From Callorhinchus milii (Eukaryota), in assembly GCF_018977255.1 (NCBI RefSeq), contig NW_024704743.1:12650001-12714000 (forward strand): a stretch of DNA of 64,000 nt, given 5' to 3'. A model generated the notes under the pieces. It saw only the letters and a program-made list of their open reading frames with translations. It made no database searches and was not told the DNA's origin. Of the stretch, positions 1 through 12,561 are shown one piece after another. Both the position numbers and the translations under genes were made by a program. Positions within the stretch are counted from its first letter, which is position 1. Every line of letters begins with the position of its first letter.

Positions 1-138
1 CTTTCTGTGCTGCAGAATAGGATGTCAATGAAGGATCGCTGGCTTGATGTGGAATGCAAATCATCACTTTCTTTGGTGGTAGAGGCGGAGATAACCTCAT
101 AGGTGGCATGCAAGGTAACTTCACAGGCTGGCCTGAGT
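1..138 (-). CDS. PHACTR1: PHACTR1 coding exon (continues past the left edge of the window)
   Basis: Minus-strand acceptor tcttctttttAG (AG at 140-139). Translates in phase 1 as (D)[45 protein letters not shown], matching recalled mammalian PHACTR1 [29 protein letters not shown]. Confidence 0.93.
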
Positions 139-2021
139 CTAAAAAGAAGAACAGACGGAAATATGGATCAAGGCAACAGCTCGTAAAAATAAATGATTAA
201 TTATGAAACATGTTTACGCTTTCCCTACAGCGCTGAGTTCAGAATAGGAGGGATGAGGAACACCGATCAAATGTAAAGTGAGACTATAATCAAACAGTGT
301 CCTTTCAGTGTCTTGAATCCTGTCCAAGCAGATGCAATGAAAGTCTCTTCTCTGGTGACATGTTAAGGTCTCAGTTGGCATGTGTTTGTTTGAGTAGCTG
401 CTATCCAGTAACTAACAGAAATCAATCTACAGGGTAAATCTGTCTTCATATTCACGAACTGCACTATATAGGAAAACATTTCCATGCATCTAGTTACAAA
501 GGTTTTTTTTAAAATTGGATTTAACAATGGTCTGAAATTTGCTACATGGGCAAAACATTTAAAATATACCTCTTTCAAAGCACTTTCAGTCATCTTTCCC
601 CTCCACCTTGTCTCCTACATCACCCCCTCCTTCTCGCCGGGGTGCACATCCAGCACTATGAAATGCTTTGAGATACTGTCCCGATGCGAAAGGTGCTATA
701 TTGAATTTGCTGCACTCCAGCAGTTCACAGCAATAGAAGCGCTTTCTGCACCCTGCATTATACTGTAGTACAGCAGGGCTTCATTTCAATGCAACAGCCA
801 ATTATAAATTTGACAACACATTTAAAATAAATGATGACAGAACCATTAACAAGGGTAGGGATAACTCAGAAATAAAAGAATAAGAAGCAGAGTGTAAAAT
901 AACACTAACTGTAGTCTAAAATGCTCTGGACGTTTATGACAACAGCTTTCAAACTGAAGGAACTGGAGCGTACAAGCACTGTTGTCCTGAAGATACCAAC
1001 ACAAGTGCCTATCATCCAATTAGACACTTTCCAAAATGTCAGCCTGCCTCTCCCCATCTAATCATCTGTAAACCACAAAACCGCGTCTCTCTTAATAAGG
1101 AAAATCTGACTTCTACTCTTATGAAAAGCACAGTCATTATAATGGCCCATAAAAAGTGCTGGCACAATTAGCAAAATGCTCATACAATTCTAATTAAATC
1201 TGATGGGACATTTAAGTTGCAAAAACCTATTTACAATCTTCCTGAAACCTGTCAAGGATACAAGTGCTGTTCTGTCTATTATTTCGGAATTTTCTCAACA
1301 TCACTGTTGAAATCTCATACTGCTGCATTTAACTGCACAAAGTATCACATGAACAATACCTGAACTATTGCAAGTATCTGAAAATATCCACAAGAAAACT
1401 GAGACAGAAACATCAGAGATCACACTTGAAGGCACAACAAATCTTCACACTGGGCGTCTATTATGCAGGCTGTATAAACTTTGTGTAAACAACCTGTACA
1501 GAGCGAATTTGTAATTAACCATTGAAAACAATTTGTTCTGTAGTTAACAACTACCAATAATAATTTCTTAAATAGTGTATAAAATTAGCAATAATCCTTT
1601 TATTTTAAGGATATCTGTAACTCCTGCTGCCCACACAATTTTTGCACAACTGGCTTACTAGGCCTCGATTTTCAACTACAATCTAAAAATGAAAAGAGTC
1701 AATCTTATGTTCTTTGCCTTTTGGTTGCACTTACTTGAAAGCTTATGACATCACTGAGATTTAGCCCTCTGATCTGTCACGTTGAAATCAATGTGTTTCC
1801 ATCAGACAGAAGACTTGAGCCTTAGTGCACTGGAGAATGTCAATATTCCACGGGGTTGAAGATAACACTCATCACCTTTCAAACTGCCGCAAGGCAGTGA
1901 CCAAAGGCAAACGGGAACATCATCAATGCATGTTTTTGTGCGATACACACAGTGAATTAATTCCTAAGGTCCCAGTTGTAAAACAAACTATGGAATGAGA
2001 AAAGCCATTCAGTCTTTCAAG

Positions 2022-2378
2022 GTGTCAGTCTGACTTAAATGGTAGCACTCGCACCTCCGAGTCAGCAGATTGTGGAGTCAAATCCCATACTTGGATGCAA
2101 TGCTGGGAGAGTACTGCATTGCTTGGAGACGCTGTCCTTCAGAGGTTACCTTGAAACCGAGGTCCTATTTGCCTGTTCACGTGGATTTCTCCAGGTGTGC
2201 TGGTCGAAAATCCCGCAAGATAAATTTGGTCATTCACTTCATGAGACAATGTTCAAATGGCTGTCACATTCGCCTGTACAGTCAATGACTGCACTTTATA
2301 GTAAATCCTGTGAAGTACTTTGAGATGCCTCGACAAAATGATGAGGCACGATATCAAACGGAATTATTATCATTATTT
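2022..2378 (+). mobile_element. Old Deu-domain tRNA-derived SINE (SacSINE1/AmnSINE-like), diverged
   Basis: Head ggtagcactcgcacctccgagtcagcagattgtggagtcaaatccc, Deu-like core gacgctgtccttcag...aaaccgaggtcc, and an L2-like tail ending in (att)n. Confidence 0.7.
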
Positions 2379-3535
2379 TTAAGCTAACTCCTTCTGCAAG
2401 ATACATTAAATCTATCTTATCATTGAAGCAGCTGGATATGCTGCAGAAATCCATAGACCGGTTGTTCTGTGTTTAGAAGCTATGACTGGCCATCAGGAGT
2501 TTGCAACATTAAGGAAGTTTAAACTATGGAACAGAGGACAAAGTGAGAAATGTAACAAACATCTTCAGGTAGGGACTTGTTACAGAGTTTCTTTAATCAG
2601 TGTCTTCTAAATGAGGGGATGTTTCAGCAAAACAGCACAGAACTTCAGACTCTGAGAAGCGTAAATCTTAAGGCAAAGATGTTACTCTCACATGGTATGT
2701 CGCCTCACTGGTGCCAGGGTTGAAGACATCACAAAACGGATGCAAAATATTCTATAGGGGGAAGGAAAACATCCAGAAGTCGTGGTCCATGTTGGGATCC
2801 ATGATGTAGGGAAAAAAGGGCTGAGATCCGACAGGGAGAGTATCAGAAGCTTGGGAAAAATCTGAAGAGCAGGACCTCAAAGATGGTGATCTCTGGATTA
2901 CTCCCAGTGCTTTGTCCAAGCGAGTATCAAAACAGCAGGATCCAACACATGAATGCATGGCTGGAGAACTCGTGCAGAAAGGAGGGCTTCAGGTTCCTGG
3001 AACCTTAGGATTACTTTTGGGGCAGGTAGGACCTGTACAAGGCAGATGAGTTACACCTGAACAGAGTTGGGACCAATGTCCTCACAGGGAGATTAACTAG
3101 TACTGTGGGGAAGGGTTTAAACTAATTTTGATGGGGGAAGGATGTAGATTCAGAGAGGAAAAAAAAAGTTACATAGAGGGCTGGGAGAGACGAAATGCAA
3201 TAAGGAGTAATCCAGAAAAAAGGAGGGACTAGACAGGGGAGAAATGCAGAGCAGACTCAGTCGGTCTTGGAATGCATGTGTATAAATGCACGGAGTGTGA
3301 CAAATAAGGTTAGTGAGCTGCAGACTCAAGTTGCCACATGGAATTATGATGTAGTGGCAATAACAGAGACCTGGCTCAAATAAGGACAGGAATAGGAACT
3401 GAATATTCCTGGCTACAATGTATTCAGGAGGGTTAAGGAAGGAAGAAAAGGAGGGGCTGGCAATGTTGATTAAAGACACAGTTACGGCCCTGGAAAGGGA
3501 CGATGTGCTTGAGGGTCCAAAAGCAGAATCTATTT

Positions 3536-3796
3536 ATAATAATAATAATAATAATCCTTGCATTTGATATAGCGCTTTTCACGTCGGAAGGACGTCCCAA
3601 AGCGCTTCACAGAACACACTGTAAAGTGAATTGACTGTAAATTTGTGGGCGAACGCGGCAGCCAATTGCGCACAGCAAAGGCCCACAAACAGTCGTAGAT
3701 TGAAAATGCCAATTTTATTATTGTTTTTTTTTTTTTTGGAGGGATTATTATTAGGCGTGTGGAGTAAGGAAACTTGCCCAAGGTTTCGCCCTGCCT
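3536..3796 (-). mobile_element. Young tRNA-derived SINE (short variant), 5'-truncated, inserted in CR1 ORF2
   Basis: Near-identical to the copy at 56625-56945; (ATT)n tail; CR1 sequence resumes on both sides. Confidence 0.9.
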
Positions 3797-5817
3797 TTGG
3801 TTAGAGTTAAGGAGCAGGAATGGAGCTGTTACTCTGTTAGGTGTATACTATAGAACACCAAATAGTGAGAAGGAGATAGACGAGCAAACCTGCAAGCAGA
3901 TTTCAGAAAGATGTGAAACCAATAGAGTAATGGTAATGGGGGACTTCAATTATCCGAACCTAGACTGGCAAAATAACAGTGTAAAGGGCCAGGAGGGGGA
4001 AGGATTCCTGAAATGTGTGCAGGTTAAGTGTCTGGATCAGTATGTTTCCAGCTCAACGAGAAAGAAAACAGTGCTGGATCTAGTTCTGGGGAATGAAGTG
4101 GGGCAAGTGGAGCAGGTTTCAGTAGGAGAGCATCTGGACACATCATTAGGTTTAGAGTACTTATGGAAAGGGACAAGCAAAAATCAAAGGTGAAGATACT
4201 CAACTGGAAGAGGGTTAATTTCAGTGAGTTAAAAAGGGATCTAACCAAGGTGGACTGGAAAGAAAGATTGGCAGGTAAACCAGCTAATGAGCAATGGGAA
4301 GCCTTCAAGGAAGAGATAGTTTGGGGACAGAACAAATACATTCCCACAAAGGGCATCCAAACCTCTCTGGACCAATAAGGAAATTGGGATTAAAATAAAA
4401 CAAAAAAGGGACACTTATGATAAATGTCAGGTCCAAAATACAGAAGATAATCAAATAGAATATAGAAAGTACAGAGGAGAACTGATAAAGGAAATAAAAG
4501 GGGCAAAGAGACAGTATGAGAAAAGATTAGCGAGTAACATAAAAGGGATCCCTAACATTTTATAAGCATATAAAGAATAAACCATAAGTCAAAGGTAGGG
4601 TGAGTCCAATTAGGGACCAAAGACAAAATCTTCTTGTGGAGGCTGACGTACTGAATAAGCACTTTGCACCTGTCTTCACAAAAGAAGAGGATGCAGCCAA
4701 TGCCACAGTTTAGGAGGAAGGGTAGGGATTTTGGATAAGAATAAACCGAGAGGAGGTACTAAAGAGGTTAACGGTGCTCAAGGTCTCCCAGTCCGGATGG
4801 GATGCATCCTAGGTTACTGATGGAAGTGAGGGTAGAAATAACAGAGTCTCTGGCCACAATCTTTCAATCCTCCTTGGACACCGGGAGGTGCCAGAGGACT
4901 GGAGGGTTACAAATGTTACTCTCCTGTTAAATAGGGGCAGAAGGATAAATCTGGGAACTATAGGCCAGTCAGCCTAACTTCTAGAGACTAAAACCCGAGA
5001 CAAAATAAATTCCCACTTTGAAAAATATGGGTTAATAAAGGACAGTCAACATGGACTGGTAAAAGGCAAATCGTGTCTAACAAACCTGATAGTTTTTTGA
5101 TGAAGTAATGGAGAGGGTGGATGAAGGTAGTGCAGTTGATGTAGTTTATATAGATTTTCAAACGGCGTTTGATAAAGTGCCACATAAGTGACTTGTAAGC
5201 AAAATAGAAGTCCACGGTATTAAAGAAATGGATACAGTATGGATACAGAACTGGCTGGGAGACAGAAAGCAGAGAGTGGTGGTGAACGGTTATTTTTTTG
5301 ATTGGAGGAAAGTGTGCAGTGTTGTCCCACATAGGTTGGTATTGGGACCACTGCTGTTTTTGATCTATATAAATGACCTGGACTTGGGTATAAGGAGTAC
5401 AATTTCCAAGTTTTCAGATGATACTAAGCTAGGAAAAGTAGTAAACAGTGAGGAGGATAGTAGCAGACTGCAAGAGGACATAGATAGACTGGTAAAACGT
5501 GGCAGATGAAGTTTAATGTGGAGAAATGCGAAGTGATGCATTTTGGGCGGAAGAATGAGGAGAGGCAATATAAGCTGATGGTACAATCTTAAAGGGGGTG
5601 AAGGAACAGAGAGACCTGGGGGTTCATATAAGTAAATCTTTGAAGGTGCAGGACAGGTAGATAAAGCTGTTAAAAAAGCATACGGGATACTAGGCTTTAT
5701 AAATAGGGGCATAGAATACAAAAGTCAGGAAGTTATGATGAACCTTTATAAAACACTGGTTAGGCCTCAGCTAGAGATTGGGTTCAGTTCTGGGCACCAC
5801 ACTTTAGGGAGAATGTC

Positions 5818-6131
5818 AATAATAATAATAATACTCCTTGCATTTGATATAGCGCTTTTCACGTCTTCTAGACATCCCAAAGCACTTCACAGAATAGACT
5901 GTAAAGTGAATTGACTGTATATTTGTGGGCGAAATGCAGCAGCCAATTGCGCACAGCAGTGTTCCATGAACAGTCGTGGATTGAAATGACCAATTTATTA
6001 TTGTTTTTTTTGAGGGATTATTATCAGGCGTGTGAAGTAAGGAAACTTGCCCAATGTTTCACCCTGTCGGGAATCGAACCCAGGTCTCTCGCTTGCAAGG
6101 CGAGTGTTCTAACCATTGAGCTACAGGACTC
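5818..6131 (-). mobile_element. tRNA-derived SINE (short variant), near full length, inserted in CR1 ORF2
   Basis: tRNA head (reverse complement GAGTCCTGTAGCTCAATGGTTAG...GGTTCGATTCC) and (ATT)n tail; splits CR1 gaatgtcaa/ggcattggag with tcaa repeated on both sides. Confidence 0.9.
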
Positions 6132-7499
6132 AAGGCATTGGAGAGGGTGCAAAGGAGATTGACCAGGATGGTACCATGAATGAGGGATTTCCGTTATCAA
6201 GAGAGAATAGAGAAGCTAGGATTATTCTCCTTAAGAGCAGAGAAGGTTAAGAGGAGACTTAATAGAAGTTTTCAAAATTATAAGGGGATTCAATAGGGTG
6301 AACAAGGAGAAACTATTTCCACTGGTGGGTGGGTGGGTAACCCGAGGACACCGATTTAAAATAGTTAAAAGAACCAGAGGGGAGGCGAGGAGATTTTTTT
6401 TCACACTGTGAGTTGTTCGGATCTGGAATGCATTGCCTGAAAGGTTGGTGGAAGCCAATTCGATAACAACTTTTGAGAGAGTAGATAATTATTTGGGGAG
6501 GGCAAGTTTTCAGGCTATGGGGAGGGTGGGGGGGTAGTGTGATTGATTTGGATAGCTCTTTTCAAAGAGGTGACACAGACATGATGGGTTGAATGGCCTC
6601 CTTCTGTGCTGTATAATTCTATGATTCTATGAAGAGTGATTTGTGTAAAGCTGATGTACAGCTCTGATATGTAGAATTGTGGGCAATGTGAGAGATGGGG
6701 GATGTTAGTGATGTGGGAGATCACATGCTGTCGGTCTTTTTCCTGTTCTCCTATTGCCCAGAATTGTGGTCTCTTTGGTATAAATATAGAACATTGTTTT
6801 ATTTTTTTTATTCAAATGCAAATTTTTTTGAATGGAGGTTTCTCTGGGCTATGTTACAGATATTTACAAAATTGGCTATTTTTCGCCTGTACATTTTATG
6901 CTGACTCATGCAATGTTTCTGGTTGATTATTTATGAAGGTTAAGATGCAAAAAATAATAATTTTTAAATTTTCCACTGCCTTGTTCCAGACTGCTGTGAG
7001 TGATGTGTCACCAATTTATTACATGCAGAGATGCACAAAAATGACACTTGCTGATTGGGAGTGCTGATGAACCGGATTTATACGATGGATGTTCTTTGCT
7101 GAGCTATATCTTAGTTATAGAACAATAGAATCCTCAAATGGCTGTTGTTTGCAGTTGTTTTATTGTACATGAGCAGGTTAAAAAANGATTAAGGGAGCCA
7201 GGAGAGAACTGGATTCATACAATGCAGCAGATGCAAAACAAAGCTTCAAGATATTCTTACAATATTATAACCACAAGAGGATAAGTCATTGAGGAAGTTA
7301 AATTCTAAGGGACTCAAAGGGGAGTTGAAAACAAGGGCAAGCAGATGGTAAACATATCAAATGACTGCCTGGTGGAAGTTTATAGCCGGGAGGATACTTA
7401 ACACATTGGTAAACTGTGGGAGTTTGACATTAGGAAGGCAGAGGTTCTGAATAGGCTCCAGAGTTTGATCAAGCAAATGTAATTCCCATTGTCAAAAAA

Positions 7500-9150
7500 G
7501 TGAATAAAGCCATACCCAGCAATGCAATTTGCCTGACTTCAAGTTAAAAAAAAGTGGAATCAATCACTGGAGGCAACATGGAAAATTAGGTATAAGCATA
7601 ATCAAGTAAATTACAGTCAACATGGCTTCAATTAAATGGTAGATATTACCTGACCAACCTGAAGAGGTGACAGCGCAACATGGTATACGTATACCAAAAG
7701 GTTTTCAGCAATGCAGCAGGTGAAGTGACTATTTTACAAACTCATTAGTAGATGATAGCATCAGCATCCAAGGCTGCACTCTCCACCTCTCAAAGCCAAT
7801 CAGGAACCTCGGCGTTCTGTTTGACCCTGAGCTGTCCTTTCTTCCTCATATCCGCGCCACAACTGGAACCGCCTTCCATCACCTCCGGAAGATCACCAGA
7901 CTACGTCACTACCTCACCCCTCACGCTGCTGAAACACTGGTCCATGCCTTTATCACCTCAAGGCTGGACTATGGGAACTCTCTCGTCGCCGGCCTTCCCG
8001 CCACCTCCCTCCACAAGCTGCAGGTCATTCAGAACTCTGCAGCTCGTGTACTGTCCCGCACCAGGCTTCGGGACCACATCACTCCCACCCTCGCTCGCCT
8101 CCACTGGCTCCCCATCCCCCAGAGGATCGAATTCAAGATCCTCATCCTCACCTACAAGGCCATTCACGGCCTCGCTCCCTCCTACCTCTCCGACCTACTA
8201 TCCCTACTTATTTGCCCGTACCCTCCGTTCCTCTGGCTCCGGTCTGTTCCACATCCCCCGCCCTAACCGTCCTACCATCGGTGGCCGGGCCTTCAGCCTC
8301 TCAGCCCCTCGGCTCTGGAACTTCATCCCCCAGTGCCTTCGCCGCCTCCTCCCTTTCCTCCTTCAAGGCCGGTCTCAAGACCTTTCTCTTTGACCGTGCC
8401 TTCAGCTCCCATCTCTCTCTACCCCCTCTTCGCTCCCTCCCTTCCCTCCCCTCACCCTGACCATTTCCCCCCTGCTCGGGTCCCGACCCAACTGTCCAGT
8501 GCCTTGGGACGTCCTCCCGACGTGAAAGGCGCTCTATAAATGAAATCTTCTTGTTGTTGTTGTAGATATCAAGGGTAAAACATGGATGTGGATTAGTAAT
8601 GACTGAAAGGAAAAGAGGGCAGGTTTAAGAGAAATGTAGTCAAAATAGGGAGAGTTGGGTGCTTCAGGTGTCTGTGCTGGGATGCCTTCTGTTCTTTGAA
8701 TATGTAAATGATGTACAAAGTCCAAGTACAAGCAACACAACGATGGGGGAGGGGAGACTGAGGAATTAGAGGAGGCTGCCGAGATCTTCAAAGTGAAACA
8801 AAATATGCTCCTGGAATGATCATTGGCAAATAAAGCTCAATACAGAACAATGCAAGGTTCTGCATTTAGGAAGTAGGAATAGGAGACACATGTATTGCAT
8901 GGGTAGGATAGAACATACTAAGGGGTAAGTTGAAGGCAACCTAATGGTGTTTATTGATTCATTGCATCTATGTCCAAACAGTGTGAGGCAGCAATATACA
9001 AGGCAAACATGGTGAGACTGCACTGCACATCAATTGAGTTCGGATCCCCAGACATCATGCTTAAGTTGTACAATGCTCTGGACAAACTCTAGTCTGCAAC
9101 TGGACTTCTGTGTACAGGCCCTAGAGGCAAAATTATATAAATTAACTGAA
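7500..9150 (+). mobile_element. Very old CR1 RT fragment, split by an L2 insertion at 7759-8563
   Basis: Remnants cagtcaacatggcttc (SQHGF), acctgaccaacctg (LTNL) and tgcaaggttctgcatttagg (CKVLHLG) lie on both sides of the L2. Confidence 0.55.
7759..8563 (+). mobile_element. L2-clade LINE, 5'-truncated 3' fragment (young family)
   Basis: Encodes the L2 ORF2 C-terminus (LVHAFITSRLDYGNSLL, LHWLP, KILILTYKA). Tail gggacgtcctcccgacgtgaaaggcgctctataaat followed by (TTG)n; candidate TSD GTAGAT at 7748-7753 and 8562-8567. Confidence 0.92.
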
Positions 9151-9739
9151 CTAACGGGTACGAGTCACAAGGTTCTGATGGTATCCATTATTATTCGAGC
9201 TTCGCTCTTCCAATTTAGGATGTTATCTGAACTCCTCAGTTTGAGTACAGCCTCTGAATAATTTCACTCTCCAGAATCCAGCCTCCCTAATTTATTACAC
9301 ATAATTTGAATTGTTTTTATGGATGTTGTGTATTACTGGTGACTTCCCATATATACAACTGCCCTAGCTCCTTGTTGAGTGACTTGAGTGGCAGTAAAGT
9401 GCAAGACATATCTAAATGTCTACCATTAGCAACATGACTGGAAAAAGGCGGTTACAAAGATATTTTTGTGTTTTAGGACGGTTGAAATGCCAAGCTGCAA
9501 AATAGCAATTTGCCACATCTCTATTGTCAAGGATTCATTGACGTTAGTTACACACCATTATCTTAAAGACTACTTTACAATTCCATTCTTTTTTCTTGGT
9601 ACTGACAATGCATCTGAGCCACAGTTGGAGTTCACAGTAACTAAACAGCGGGGCACCAAATTTCCCTGATATCCTCGCAAATACGCAACTATTATCTGTA
9701 TTTATAATAGCATCTTCCATGCAGGCTAACCTGTTGGAA

Positions 9740-10250
9740 TGCTCCACAGGGTTGGATGCTGAGGTAAGGAGAAGGGGAGGTGACCATGGGGATGGTTGAA
9801 GAACTAGGTTTTAAGGTGGGATTTAAAGATAGAGAGTGGGGGGGTGCAAGGCCAAGGGATAGAGTTAGGGAGTTTCAGGTATTAGGGGCATAGTAACTGA
9901 AGGCTCAGCCACTGATGGTGGTGCAGTGGGGTATGCATTTCTCATACCCCAATCTCTGTTTACCCCCTCTGGGTGTAAATTTAGCAGAGGGGGCAAGCCA
10001 AGATTGGGGTATGAGACATTCTGAGAGATATGGAGAGGCTAGGAGGGAGAGATTAAGGATGTGGACCTTGAAATCGATCTGTTGGGAGCCAGAGACCAGT
10101 GGATCTTGGTGAGGACAGGCAGAATGAATATGTGGTGTTTGGTGCCAATGAGGAGTTTAGATTAGCTGCATAGTGGAACTGGCGAGACCTGCGAGCTATG
10201 CATTAGAGAGGTAGAGGCAGGAGGTAGCAAAAATGTGGATAAGGCTTTGG
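9740..10250 (-). mobile_element. Old L2 fragment
   Basis: Degenerate reverse complement of the L2 3' region (ggttgaagaactaggttttaaggtgggatttaaag; ttgaaatcgatctgttgggagcc). Confidence 0.55.
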
Positions 10251-11579
10251 CATCACTTTGTGTGACAAACACTTGGCATTTCTTACATACTATTTGCGCT
10301 TCAAGTGAAATTTATTACATCAAAATGGGCTGGAGGCAGGTCCTCACCACCAGCTTAAGGCTTTTCTGAATGATAAGAGTTGGAGAAACCAGGCCTCTGG
10401 CACTGGATGTCTAACTGCGGGATATCAGCAGTGTTTGTGTTTATTAAAGCGCTAATGTCTCACTAAAATCCCAGCAGGAACAGCTTGGGGAAGGGCACCG
10501 CCTACGTCCATTCGATACATAAAAATCACAAATTTGACCCACTGGCGTGTTTAAAAAGCATGAACCTATTAAATAGGTCCAGCCAAACTGTGGTCACATG
10601 CAGTACGCATTGAATAAAAGCTAACATTTTCTACTTTTTATGTTTTACAGCTGAAAAGCCCTTGGTTAGTTTCTGATGGTAAACTATGCTCATTACTATT
10701 TTTATTAGGTACAATTTGCATGTTTGTTAGTTCTTATGTAACCGTAAATTGGCTTCAATGAAGAAATGTTGGGCTGTTAATAAAAATAGATAACAATGAA
10801 TACAATAATTGACAATATGACATCTGTACGTGTAATGAAGTATTTTGATAACATTATATTAGCACTTTCAAAGCTATCATAGAAATTAATTCTTCTGATA
10901 AGGACTATGGCTTTTCTTTACACCACAATATCAAGACTCAAATGATTAGACAAAGGCCCACAGTTGGACTGCTGTGCTATCATTCTTCTCTCAATGCTTC
11001 TTAAAGGAATAATAAACATCCACAGTGAAATGTACAATAACCTCCACAACAGAGGATCCAGGCTACCTCTTCCACATAGTTTAGCATGCACAATGTAAAG
11101 CACTGAACTTTGTCTGCTACTGCAGTCACATAGTTCATATTCTCTAATATTTTTATTTAACAGCTTTCAACACTATGAATATCAACTTCTGTAAAACAAA
11201 AGTTATTGAATTTACATGCTACATGAACATACAAATAGCTGGAGTTTACAAAAGATTCACTTTCTACCACAGAAAGACTCAGTGTAGCATGCATCAGTCA
11301 AGTGCGTACTGACATATTGTCCAATTTAAAAGGTGTCTGAGATTAACCAAAATACCATTCCCGCCCACAGAGGAGCCTTGCCGACGCTGTATAATATGTA
11401 CAACAGCAACAACAACAAGATTCCATTTATAGAGCGCCTTTCACGTCAGGAGGACGTCCCAAGGCGCTGATGTAATAATGTTGTTTCACTTGAAGCAACG
11501 TTAACTAACCAGTTAAAGTTAAAATACTCACAGATTTCAGTAAAATATATTTATCTTTATTTGGCAGCAAAACAGTACT

Positions 11580-11845
11580 TTCCCGCCCCCAGAGGAGTGG
11601 CGGCGCCTCCTCCCTCCCATTGCCGTTCCCATTGGATGGGAAGGAGACCAATTAGTGGCGGCTTCGAGGTGATTGACAGACTGAAGCCACTTGTGAATGT
11701 TTGGACTCGGCCATTGACAGGTGGCTCAGCTGTCAATCAATCACTATGTGATTCCCATTCCCTCCCTTGTTCTTCCCTGTTCCTCCACTGAATGACAGCA
11801 CAACTCCAGCTGCTTGTGAATGGCTGGAGTCCACTGTCAATCACA
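11580..11845. promoter_or_regulatory. Cluster of GC box, CCAAT and three PBX-MEIS/PREP decamers
   Basis: CCCGCCCCC at 11582; CCAAT at 11648; TGATTGACAG at 11670-11679; CTGTCAATCA at 11730-11739 and 11834-11843. Function is unproven. Confidence 0.4.
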
Positions 11846-11939
11846 ATTTGACTCCTCCCATCTACATCCAGGAGTCTCTCTCGGTTCAATGGACACAGAG
11901 AAGGCCCGAGTGAGTACATTCAGTGGTGACCAGCACGGC

Positions 11940-12064
11940 ATTTTGCCTGAATTAACCAGATTTTTGTCCAATTAACTGGCATTTTTAAAACAGATAAGAA
12001 TACAAATGAATCACCCGGGCATTTTGTTCGATTTACCTGTCCGACAAAAGCGGATTCCACTGTA
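11940..12064. mobile_element. Possible end of a Tc1/mariner (pogo/Tigger-like) DNA transposon
   Basis: Ends in ...gcggattccactg followed by TA, the typical CAGTGG terminal inverted repeat end with TA target. No matching left TIR was found. Confidence 0.35.
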
Positions 12065-12381
12065 TTATGGATATTTGATACCCACCAGAGTACAGGCAGA
12101 CGGGATCTTGGTTTAATATCTGATCCAACATAACAATAACATAGTTGTTATTGTTATAGAATGCCATCCGAAATATAATGGCAAACCCATGATATAATCT
12201 TTGCATTGATATAATGCCATATATTACACCATCACATTCATGATATAATTAGCTATAATATAGTCCCAATCATGCTATCATCTAAAACATGATATATTAG
12301 CCATGCTATAACCCGATCAAAAGATATAATCCCAATTGTATACAGAAGGAAAACCTGAAAAGACAGCTCTAGACAACTTAC

Positions 12382-12561
12382 CAGCTATGTGGTTGGCAAT
12401 CCTGGTGAGTGGCTTGGGAGGTAGGGCTGGGGGTTGTTTGAGGTGCTTTGCGAGGGTTTCCTCAAGATCAGCTGGGAAACCAACACACTTTTTGGGTGGC
12501 AGTGGCACAGGAGGTTTTGCTGAAGGCTCCTTCTCATTATCTGTGTGACTATTTTCAGCAG
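12382..12561 (-). CDS. PHACTR1: PHACTR1 proline-rich coding exon, 180 nt, phase 1-1
   Basis: ctttAG acceptor and G/GTAAGT donor. Encodes AAENSHTDNEKEPSAKPPVPLPPKKCVGFPADLEETLAKHLKQPPALPPKPLTRIANHIA, matching the recalled mammalian long-isoform segment ...KQPPALPPKPTTRIANHL. Confidence 0.92.

Larger units (their letters stand above)
2700..6632 (+). mobile_element. CR1 LINE, decayed, from end of ORF1 through ORF2 (endonuclease and RT) to 3' end; interrupted by two SINEs
   Basis: Endonuclease motifs GVYYR, MGDFNYP and LDLVL; RT region LVLGPLLFLIYINDL..KFSDDTKLG; 3' terminal (ATTCTATG)n at about 6616-6631; many stops and frameshifts. Confidence 0.93.

Noticed and set aside
7186..7186. Single ambiguous base (n)
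   Set aside because: Sequencing or assembly ambiguity with no biological meaning.
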